From positions 4,986-68,985 of the forward strand of contig CAXMOP010000115.1 of NCBI GenBank assembly GCA_964195155.1: a stretch of 64,000 nt of DNA. Direction: 5' to 3'. Source of the DNA: an uncultured Kiloniellales bacterium. Lineage in GTDB: Bacteria; Actinomycetota; Acidimicrobiia; Spongiisociales; UBA5794. Position numbers and translations under genes: made by a program. Shown one piece after another: positions 57,001 through 64,000 of the stretch; positions within the stretch are counted from its first letter, which is position 1, and each line of letters begins with the position of its first letter. Under the pieces are notes generated by a model. That model was not told where the DNA came from, did no database searches, and was given only the letters and a program-made list of their open reading frames with translations.

Positions 57001-57777
57001 CTAGTCAGCGGTCCCATACCCTTCGGCTTCGAGGCGCTCGGCAACCTCACGCCCGCCTGATTCGACGATGCGGCCACCGACAAGCACGTGGACACGGTCG
57101 ACCTGCATGTAGCGCAGGATCCGGCTGTAGTGGGTGATCACCAGCACCCCCCGGTCGGGGCTGCGCAGCGACTCGACCATCTCTGCGACCTCGCGTACCG
57201 CGTCGACGTCGAGACCGGAGTCGATTTCGTCGAGGATGGCCACCGTAGGAGCAGCGAGGGCCAGCTGATACATCTCGGACCGTTTCCGCTCACCCCCGGA
57301 AAGGCCAACGTTCACATAGCGGTCCATGAACGGCCCCAAGCGGAGCCGCTCCGCGGCGGCCGATGCCCGCTCGCCGGCCTCCGGATCGCCCGCGGTGTCC
57401 TCCATCGAGGCACTGAGCTCCTCGAGAGAGATCCCGGGAAGCGCGACCGGGTACTGGAAGGCTTGAAACAACCCGGCGAGGGCACGCTCGTCAACGGACA
57501 GGCCGATCAGCTCGACACCACCGACCTTGGCCGACCCCGCTGCCTCGTAGTCGCTGTGACCGCTCAGCACATGCGCCAGGGTCGACTTTCCAGACCCGTT
57601 TGGTCCCATGAGCACATGTACCTCGCCAAAGGGAACGATGAGGTCGACACCGTTGAGGATCTGGAGCTGCCCGAGGTCGGCGGTCAGACCGCTGATCTCG
57701 AGCGCCTCGGTCCCGGCCGCCCCGGTCATGACGGCCTCGGTCATGGCGGCCTCGGTCATGGCGGCATCGTCGGTCAT
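57001..57777 (-). CDS. sufC: Second SufC-family Fe-S cluster assembly ATPase (paralog) with an N-terminal MTEAA-type pentapeptide repeat
   Basis: ATG at 57777 forms an ATGA overlap with the Rieske gene stop. The N-terminus reads MTDDAAMTEAAMTEAVMTGAAG, followed by Walker A GPNGSGKST. Confidence 0.85.
   Translation of the reverse strand: MTDDAAMTEAAMTEAVMTGAAGTEALEISGLTADLGQLQILNGVDLIVPFGEVHVLMGPNGSGKSTLAHVLSGHSDYEAAGSAKVGGVELIGLSVDERALAGLFQAFQYPVALPGISLEELSASMEDTAGDPEAGERASAAAERLRLGPFMDRYVNVGLSGGERKRSEMYQLALAAPTVAILDEIDSGLDVDAVREVAEMVESLRSPDRGVLVITHYSRILRYMQVDRVHVLVGGRIVESGGREVAERLEAEGYGTAD
57727..57777. repeat. 15-nt tandem repeat x3 (ggcggcctcggtcat) encoding MTEAA repeats at the sufC-paralog N-terminus
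   Basis: Directly visible. Confidence 0.85.
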
Positions 57778-58085
57778 GGCGCCTCCAGCTCGAGATAGAC
57801 ATCGCCGTCTCTCACTGCCACCGGGAAGACCGGCACCGGAGCCGTCGCCGGCAACGTCTGCGGCTCGCCGGTGACCAGGTCGAACGGGGATCCGTGGCGC
57901 GGGCACTCCACCTCGCCGTCGAAGATCTCGCCCTCCGACAGCGAAGCCTTCGCGTGGCTGCACTGGTTGCCCAGGGCGTGCACTTCGTCGCCGATCCGGA
58001 ACAGCGCGATCTCGGTCTCCCCGATTTCGACCAACACGCCCCGGCCATCCGGGAGCTGATCGAGTGGCGCCACCTTGACTTCCAT
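57774..58085 (-). CDS. Rieske [2Fe-2S] ferredoxin-like protein embedded in the suf operon
   Basis: ATG at 58085. The CSH...CPRHG Rieske ligands are present. 103 aa. Confidence 0.8.
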   Translation of the reverse strand: MEVKVAPLDQLPDGRGVLVEIGETEIALFRIGDEVHALGNQCSHAKASLSEGEIFDGEVECPRHGSPFDLVTGEPQTLPATAPVPVFPVAVRDGDVYLELEAP

Positions 58086-59368
58086 CAAACCCGACCTGCG
58101 AGCTGCGCGGTGACAAACTTGCCGTTGATCCATTTTCGAACCGGGGCCACGAGCTCGCGCTGGGGGAGTTTGACGAGGGCCTCCTCAAAAAAGCCGTGGA
58201 CCTGCAGCTGGTCGGCGCGGGGCGCTCCGAGGCCCCGAGTCATCAGGTAGTAGCGCTGGGCTGCATCGAGGGGGCCAACCGTCGAGCCGTGACCGCATTT
58301 GACGTCGTTGGCAAGGATCTCGAGGTTGGGAACCGATTGTGCCGAGGCACCCTCGGACAGGATGAGGTTGCGATTGGTCTGGAACGCCTCGGTCTTCTGC
58401 CCGGTCTCTTCGATCCTGATCATCCCGGTGAACACCGAGCGCGCCTCATCCTCGACTGCGCCCTTGAGAAACATGTCGGAGCGGGTATTGGTGCCGATGT
58501 GGCGCATGAAGTACCGGTAGTCGAGGGTTTGCTCGGCCTCGCCGAAGTAGGCGCCGACGACGTCGGCGGCCGACCCGGTGCCTTGCATGCGCATGTCGAG
58601 GTGAAGCCGTGAGAGCTTGCCGCCAAGCCCGACCTCGGCGAAGCGGAGCGTTCCGTCGCGGCCGATGGAGGCATTGGCGTTTCCCAGGGACCGGGTCGCA
58701 TAGCCCCAGTTCTGGACGACGGTGATGGCGAGCCGTGCGTTGGTGCCGACGGCAGCGGCAATCTGGGGAACGACGACCAGGTCGTCGTTGGGTTGAGACC
58801 TGAGATGGATGACGAGTGCAGCTTCTGCACCATCGTCGACCGCGACCACGATGCGGGGAAACGTCACCGATCGAGGCTGCGTTGCCTGGACGTCGAGGTA
58901 GATGACACCGGGGGCGGTCGTTCCCGTTGGAACGTGCACAAATGCCCCGTCGGCGCCGAATGCGGTAGCGGCGAGCGCAAAGCGGTCGCGCACATCGCCA
59001 AGTCCTGCCTCGGCGAGCACCGACTCGATGAGCTCGGGCTTGGCGCTCGACGAGCTATGCAGCGAAGCGAAGGTCACATCGGCGCCGTCCTGGTCCTGCC
59101 CGATCCAGTGTCCGTCGATCAGTGATGCAGACAACTTTGTGTCGAATATTCCGCCGAGCGGGTCGTCGTCGAGTGGGTTGCCCGCTCTCGGGACCGGCGC
59201 ATAGTCGTCCAGATCGAATCCGAGCTCAATGTAGCGCCAGATCTCCTCGGCGCTGTCGGGCATTGCCGTCTCGGCGAACGCCTCGGCGGCGGCCGCCCGC
59301 TGTTCACGACGCCATCCGGCATCTTCGGCGCCGATGGCGTCGACGGTATCTTGATCCAAGGCGGGCAC
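58085..59368 (-). CDS. sufD: SufD (SufB/SufD family) Fe-S cluster assembly protein
   Basis: 427 aa with a SufBD beta-helix core. GTG start at 59368. Confidence 0.8.
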   Translation of the reverse strand: MPALDQDTVDAIGAEDAGWRREQRAAAAEAFAETAMPDSAEEIWRYIELGFDLDDYAPVPRAGNPLDDDPLGGIFDTKLSASLIDGHWIGQDQDGADVTFASLHSSSSAKPELIESVLAEAGLGDVRDRFALAATAFGADGAFVHVPTGTTAPGVIYLDVQATQPRSVTFPRIVVAVDDGAEAALVIHLRSQPNDDLVVVPQIAAAVGTNARLAITVVQNWGYATRSLGNANASIGRDGTLRFAEVGLGGKLSRLHLDMRMQGTGSAADVVGAYFGEAEQTLDYRYFMRHIGTNTRSDMFLKGAVEDEARSVFTGMIRIEETGQKTEAFQTNRNLILSEGASAQSVPNLEILANDVKCGHGSTVGPLDAAQRYYLMTRGLGAPRADQLQVHGFFEEALVKLPQRELVAPVRKWINGKFVTAQLAGRV

Positions 59369-59489
59369 GAGTTTCCTGTGGTCGCAAGCTCACGGAGGGT
59401 ACCGACGCGTCGGCGACTAGCCGCGGGCCGCCGGTGTGCCGCTATGTGCGCTTTGTCCCTGCGGTTGACCCAAGCCAGCAACGCTGGCG

Positions 59490-60131
59490 GTGGTGGGACG
59501 CGCGCCGGCAAGGACGCAAATCTTGAGACGATTTCTTTCCGTCGCGCTCATCCTCGCCACCACCATCGCCTTGGCCGCGGTGGAGAGCCTTGGTTCGCAA
59601 GCCGCGCTCGCCGCGGAGAACACCGAACAGGCGTTCACCCTCGAGGCTTTCCCGCATTCTTCGGGTGACGTGACCTTCCGCGACCCGTGGGGAGCGCGGC
59701 GCTCCGGCGGTCGCCATCACCGGGGAACCGACATCCTCAGCCCTCGCGGCACTCCGATCGTGGCAGTCGCCCCCGGCGTGGTGATCTTCATAGGTGAACA
59801 GAACCTTTCGGGCTATGTGATCAAAATCGATCACGGCGACGGGTGGAGCACCGTGTACATGCACCTGAACAACGACGATCCCGGAACCGACAACGGTGAC
59901 GCCGGCGAGCTCGGCGCGTTTTCCCCCGGCCTCTACGAAGGTGCAACCGTCGAAGCGGGGCAGCTGATTGGCTGGGTCGGGGACTCCGGCAATGCCGAAA
60001 ATACCACGCCGCACACCCACTTCGAGTTGAAGCACGACGAAGAGAAAGAGAACCCTTTCCCCTACCTCGAGCAGGCGTGGATCCGGTCGGGTCGAGCCGC
60101 AAGCGGCTCGACGATGCTGCTGGCGATTTAG
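59490..60131 (+). CDS. Secreted M23-family metallopeptidase (possible Tat signal LRRFLS)
   Basis: HRGTDI and GDSGN...PHTHFE zinc ligands are present. GTG start at 59490, or alternatively TTG at 59523. Confidence 0.75.
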   Translation: MVGRAPARTQILRRFLSVALILATTIALAAVESLGSQAALAAENTEQAFTLEAFPHSSGDVTFRDPWGARRSGGRHHRGTDILSPRGTPIVAVAPGVVIFIGEQNLSGYVIKIDHGDGWSTVYMHLNNDDPGTDNGDAGELGAFSPGLYEGATVEAGQLIGWVGDSGNAENTTPHTHFELKHDEEKENPFPYLEQAWIRSGRAASGSTMLLAI

Positions 60132-60157
60132 CCGGCTTGGCACGTAGCGGCGATCCA

Positions 60158-60856
60158 CTAGCGGATGTTGACGAGATCCCGTGCTCGTGCGAACACCCGG
60201 TCCAGCATCGATTCGGTGAGCCTTCCGGTAAAGGTGTTCTGCTGACTCGGGTGATAGGACGCCAGTACGACCGGGCCTTGGGGAAGCGCCACCTCGAGGC
60301 CGTGCGCAAACTTGGGCCGGGGCCGCGGCATCGGGTGGTTTCGATCGGACAGATACCGCCACACCGATTGATAGGCGTAGCCGCCGAGAACAACGAAGAC
60401 GGAAGGGACGATCAGGCCGAGCTCGGCATCGAACCACGACCGGCAGTTGTCGCGCTCTTCGATGCTCGGCTTGTTCTGCGGTGGTGCACACCGCACCGGG
60501 GCCGTCACCCATGCCCCCGTCAACTTGAGCCCGTCATCGATTCTCGACGAGTCCGGTTGGTTGGCGAAACCCGCTCGATACATCGCCCGGTACAGCCAGT
60601 CCCCGCTGCGATCGCCGGTGAACATCCGTCCGGTCCGATTTGCCCCGTGTGCGGCGGGAGCCAGTCCGATGACGGCGAGCGATGCCACGGGGTCACCGAA
60701 CCCCGGCACCGGTCGGCCCCAGTACTCCTCATCCTGGAATGCGGCACGTTTCTCCGCTGCGACCTGCTCCCGCCAGGCAACGAGGCGGGGGCAGCGTCGG
60801 CAACCGGTGATCGACGCGGTCAGCTCCTCGAGCTCGGAAGGCGACACCCGGCTCAT
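60158..60856 (-). CDS. Uracil-DNA glycosylase, family 4/5 (UdgB-like; GLAPAAHGANRTG motif)
   Basis: ATG at 60856 forms an ATGA overlap with the upstream gene stop. CRRCPRL, GLAPAAHG and HPSQQN motifs are present. Confidence 0.8.
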   Translation of the reverse strand: MSRVSPSELEELTASITGCRRCPRLVAWREQVAAEKRAAFQDEEYWGRPVPGFGDPVASLAVIGLAPAAHGANRTGRMFTGDRSGDWLYRAMYRAGFANQPDSSRIDDGLKLTGAWVTAPVRCAPPQNKPSIEERDNCRSWFDAELGLIVPSVFVVLGGYAYQSVWRYLSDRNHPMPRPRPKFAHGLEVALPQGPVVLASYHPSQQNTFTGRLTESMLDRVFARARDLVNIR

Positions 60857-62352
60857 CGCCGCGGCAGGTATTCCGTCGAGTAGCTCGCGCTGTTGGACCA
60901 CAGCATCCATCCCATGCCCCGTTCGGCGGTGACCCGCTGGAGGTCGACCACGTCCTCGGCGGTCACCGTCCAGGTCTGCAACCACGGGCGCAGGTAGGCA
61001 AAGCCCTCGAGCCGCGACAGACCGCTGGCCAGGGCCTCGTCGATGATCTGAACCGCATGGGCATCCGGGTCTGCAAAATCCTTCCAACCGGGTCCATAGT
61101 TCGTGGAGTACAACGTGGGGCTGAGCACGTCGATGGTTCGGGACATCCGGCCGGGGCGCTGGCCGATGCCCTCGTCGATACTCGACTCGAGGGTGATGCC
61201 GAGCAGGGTCGACCCAACGGCGCAGCCAAGCGGGTTGAGCAGGGAGTACGCCCGCTCGAGGAACTGGATGATCGACTCGACACGATTCTCCTCGTTGTTC
61301 TCGGCGTCGAAGACGGCTGAATCCCGGCGTCCCCCAAACGGGAACGATGCAAAGTCGAACTGGGCCTCGTCGAATCCGGCCTTGCACGCCTCCTCCGCGA
61401 GCGCGATCGGATACTCGTACGACACCGGGTCGGACGCGTCCATCCACGCCTCCTCCGCGGCCGTTCGCCAGACCTCGCCGGTCTCGGTATCGAGGACGGC
61501 ATGGTCGGGATTGGCCAGCGCCATCGGGGTGTCCTGAAAGGCTGCGATCCTGGCGATTTTGTACAGCCCGGCCTCGTCCATGTCGGCGACGATGCCATCG
61601 AGCTCGTACAGGGGGGTGACTGCGCCGACATTGTGGGCGTCGACGACCTCCGTGTCGTAAAAGACCGTGCCAAATTCGTCTTTGATGTCGACGACGAAGG
61701 CGTTGACCCCGGTCGACTCTGCCAATTCGAGCAGGCTGGCCCACCGCACGGCATCTCCGGCGGCGCGCCCGCCGACGCGAACCCCCACGATGTCGAGGGA
61801 CTCCATGGCGATGTCGATCTCATCCTCGGTTCCGTCCCACACCACGGTGAGATCGTTCCAGGCCGGTCGAACCAGAGCGAGGTCCCCCGGCTGTGCTCGA
61901 CCGATCTCGAACAATCCGTCGTCGTTGGTGACGTCATCGGCCGATCCGAGCGTGACCAGCACACCCGGCAGCGGCAGCCCGATGTCCGTGGTGACTCGCC
62001 CGCTGAGCACGACCGGCTCGAGCCTGACCTCGATCTGATCGTCGGATGGCCGTCCATCGAAACGATGTGACCAGGGAACGAAACCGGGAGAGGACACCAG
62101 GACCTGCGTGCCGTCTCCCGGCCACACGAACGACCAATCGGTTGGTGCTCCCCCGGCGGGGAGGACGGTGTCGGAAACGACCACTTCGGCTTCGATCGGG
62201 GAGAGATCGTCTCCGGCGAGGACGATGACCTCGACGATCGGCGGTCCGCTCTCGGGGGGACGGACGCCGGCGACATCGAGAGGGGCCGGCCCCGTGCATG
62301 CAGTGGCTAGCAATGCGGTGGCGACCGCGATGATGGCGAAGCGTTGAACCAT
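60853..62352 (-). CDS. Lipoprotein, putative TIM-barrel glycoside-hydrolase-like domain
   Basis: ATG at 62352 is confirmed. The lipobox is LLATAC. The GVNAFVVDIKDEFG segment resembles DUF4015/GHL-type barrels. Confidence 0.6.
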   Translation of the reverse strand: MVQRFAIIAVATALLATACTGPAPLDVAGVRPPESGPPIVEVIVLAGDDLSPIEAEVVVSDTVLPAGGAPTDWSFVWPGDGTQVLVSSPGFVPWSHRFDGRPSDDQIEVRLEPVVLSGRVTTDIGLPLPGVLVTLGSADDVTNDDGLFEIGRAQPGDLALVRPAWNDLTVVWDGTEDEIDIAMESLDIVGVRVGGRAAGDAVRWASLLELAESTGVNAFVVDIKDEFGTVFYDTEVVDAHNVGAVTPLYELDGIVADMDEAGLYKIARIAAFQDTPMALANPDHAVLDTETGEVWRTAAEEAWMDASDPVSYEYPIALAEEACKAGFDEAQFDFASFPFGGRRDSAVFDAENNEENRVESIIQFLERAYSLLNPLGCAVGSTLLGITLESSIDEGIGQRPGRMSRTIDVLSPTLYSTNYGPGWKDFADPDAHAVQIIDEALASGLSRLEGFAYLRPWLQTWTVTAEDVVDLQRVTAERGMGWMLWSNSASYSTEYLPRR

Positions 62353-62382
62353 GGAAGACCGTTGAGGGTACCGGTGATGGTC

Positions 62383-62450
62383 ATCGACCGCCCCCGAGCG
62401 TTCGGTGGGAATGGTGGCGATCGACCATCCATCACCATTGCCGGATCCGT
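62383..62450. promoter_or_regulatory. 17-bp inverted repeat GGTGATGGTCATCGACC ... GATCGACCATCCATCACC in the divergent sigma-factor promoter region
   Basis: Directly visible. Confidence 0.5.
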
Positions 62451-62493
62451 ACCTGCGTGATAGGTTCTCGATGCGCACCAATAGGTGAGAGGC

Positions 62494-63420
62494 ATGACCG
62501 ATCGCGCTCTGCGAACAGCAGGCGACGCAGTCGGCCGCTATCTGGGCGAGGTGTCGGGATACAACCTGCTCGACGCGAACGAGGAGGTGCGCCTCGCCCG
62601 TGCGATGGAAGGGGGGCGCCGAGCTCTGCAGCGCCTCGAGGACGGTGGACGGTTCACCGCACTAGAACACGCCGCCCTCTACGAGGAAGTCCGCACCGGC
62701 GAAGAGGCCAAGGCCACGTTCATCCGATCCAATCTCCGCCTGGTCGTATCGATCGCCAAGCGATACACGGGACGCGGCCTCGACCTGCTCGATCTGATCC
62801 AGGAAGGGAACCTCGGCTTGATCAGGGCCGTCGAGAAGTTTGACTGGCGCAAGGGCTTCAAGTTCTCCACCTACGCCACGTGGTGGATTCGTCAATCAAT
62901 CACGAGAGGTTTGGGAAACCACGGGCGCACCATTCGCCTGCCCGTGCAAATGATCGACGTCGTGCGCACGGTCCAGGAGACCGACCTCGCCCTGCAGGAG
63001 CGGTATCGGCGCAAACCCACGGTTGCCGAGATTGCCCTCACCAGCGGGCTCGACGAGGAGCAAGTGATCATCGCTCTCTCCGCCCCCGGCGAAACCGTGT
63101 CGCTCGACCGACCGGTGAGCAAGAACGGCGATGCCCACCTCGGCGACTTCGTCCAGGACGAGCGCACGCCCGACCCGTTCTCCGTCGCCGCCGAGCGGGC
63201 CCGCTGCGAGGAGGTTGCCAGGGCGTTGAGCATGCTCGACGAGCGCGAGGGCAAGGTCCTCATGATGCGGTACGGCATCGGCGGCGACAGCCCGCACACC
63301 CTCTCCGACGTCGGAGCCGCACTCGGGATCACCCGTGAACGCGTCCGCCAGATCGAGACCCGGGCCCTGAACAGGCTGCGCGACCCCCACACGATCTGCG
63401 ACCTGCGGAGCCTGCTGTGA
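62494..63420 (+). CDS. Group-2 sigma-70 family RNA polymerase sigma factor (SigB-like)
   Basis: ATG at 62494 follows GGTGAGAGG. Region 2 reads LDLIQEGNLGLIRAVEKFD...FSTYATWWIRQSITR and region 4 reads LGITRERVRQIETRALNRLR. Confidence 0.85.
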   Translation: MTDRALRTAGDAVGRYLGEVSGYNLLDANEEVRLARAMEGGRRALQRLEDGGRFTALEHAALYEEVRTGEEAKATFIRSNLRLVVSIAKRYTGRGLDLLDLIQEGNLGLIRAVEKFDWRKGFKFSTYATWWIRQSITRGLGNHGRTIRLPVQMIDVVRTVQETDLALQERYRRKPTVAEIALTSGLDEEQVIIALSAPGETVSLDRPVSKNGDAHLGDFVQDERTPDPFSVAAERARCEEVARALSMLDEREGKVLMMRYGIGGDSPHTLSDVGAALGITRERVRQIETRALNRLRDPHTICDLRSLL

Positions 63421-63512
63421 GTCGCTAGTCGCGAGTCGCGAGACGCGAGCAAGAACGAGCGTGAGCCTTGGGCTCTCGACTCAAGACTCTCGACTCAAGA
63501 CTCTCGACTCAA
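63419..63512. repeat. Inverted heptamer arrays (GAGTCGC-type x4) and (CTCTCGA CTCAAGA)x3 forming a long hairpin between convergent genes
   Basis: Directly visible. Confidence 0.9.
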
Positions 63513-64000
63513 AAAAGCCGCAGCACGTCGCTTTCGGCGCCTGTCAGGGCTTCGTAGTCGATTTCGCGCCAGCCGATCTTGCGGTCTTCCGCAAGGGTCC
63601 GAGCCTGTGGCTTGACGATCTGGGCGACGAACAGCCCGCGCACGGGAGCCAGGCTGTCGTCACGGTTGAGAAACTCGAGGTATCGGGTGAGCTGCTCCAC
63701 GCCGTCGATCTCGCCCCGACGCTTCACCTCGACGGCGACGGTGCCCCCCTCGACATCCCGACACAGCAGGTCCACCGGGCCGACCGGGGTCGGGTACTCG
63801 CGGCGGACGAGGGTCATCCCTTCCTCGAGCGACTCCGGTTTTTCGGCGAGGAGGCGCTGCAGCTCGACCTCGACGGCGTCCTTCTGCAGACCGGGATCTT
63901 CGCCAAGCTCGATCTCGGTTTCGAATTCGATCTCGTGAAGATCGACGGTGAGCCGCTCCTTCTTCCCGTTGGTGATCACCCACCGATCCTCTTCCTCCGT
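63509..64000 (-). CDS. nucS: Endonuclease NucS (EndoMS), C-terminal nuclease domain; the N-terminus lies beyond the window edge
   Basis: [46 protein letters not shown] matches the NucS RecB-like nuclease core. Confidence 0.7.
   Translation of the reverse strand, partial: TEEEDRWVITNGKKERLTVDLHEIEFETEIELGEDPGLQKDAVEVELQRLLAEKPESLEEGMTLVRREYPTPVGPVDLLCRDVEGGTVAVEVKRRGEIDGVEQLTRYLEFLNRDDSLAPVRGLFVAQIVKPQARTLAEDRKIGWREIDYEALTGAESDVLRLF

Overview
This is a ~70% GC chromosomal segment of actinobacterial type, carrying about 60 tightly packed CDS, and many adjacent genes are coupled by ATGA, GTGA or TGATG start-stop overlaps. The sequence supports these gene groups, left to right:

- **Cell-envelope glycosylation (Gtr-like).** A GT2 polyprenol-phosphate sugar synthase, a GtrA flippase and a GT-C membrane transferase, interrupted by a divergent XRE/MmyB regulator pair with an AT-rich palindromic operator.
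- **Second envelope operon.** A GT2 fused to a polytopic membrane domain, a secreted protein and a thioredoxin-like protein.
- **F420 and DNA repair.** cofD and cofE, followed by a Fpg/Nei DNA glycosylase.
- **Acyl-CoA carboxylase locus.** birA lies divergent from the carboxylase beta and alpha subunits, convergent with a methylmalonyl-CoA mutase large subunit.
- **Peptidoglycan.** PBP1A.
- **Sulfur activation.** An unusual rhodanese-ThiF protein.
- **Cofactor and pentose-phosphate genes.** pepA, a PduO-type cobalamin adenosyltransferase and tkt.
- **Low-GC island (32.5-38.8 kb).** About 57% GC, carrying an MBL-fold hydrolase, a bacterial PH-domain protein, RidA, a secreted FG-GAP repeat protein and a DUF222/HNH (REP13E12-type) endonuclease. 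Its intergenic spacers all carry copies of a ~24-bp AT-rich palindromic motif.
- **Lipoylation operon.** M24 aminopeptidase, an in-frame LipB-LipA fusion, the E2 lipoyl acyltransferase and lpd.
- **Disulfide and Fe-S genes.** DsbB and a TlpA-type thioredoxin, an LLM oxidoreductase, sufC-sufS-sufU, and a second sufD-Rieske-sufC locus.
- **NAD salvage.** pncA, pncB and a sirtuin, with fumC.
- **Right end.** M23 peptidase, a family 4/5 uracil-DNA glycosylase, a lipoprotein hydrolase, a SigB-like sigma factor and a partial nucS.

The most striking non-coding signal is a window-wide family of heptanucleotide tandem-repeat arrays, (GAGTCGC)n and its complement (GCGACTC)n plus variants, sitting in at least nine intergenic regions. 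Where genes converge, the two arms face each other and form long hairpins.

No rRNA, tRNA or CRISPR was seen.
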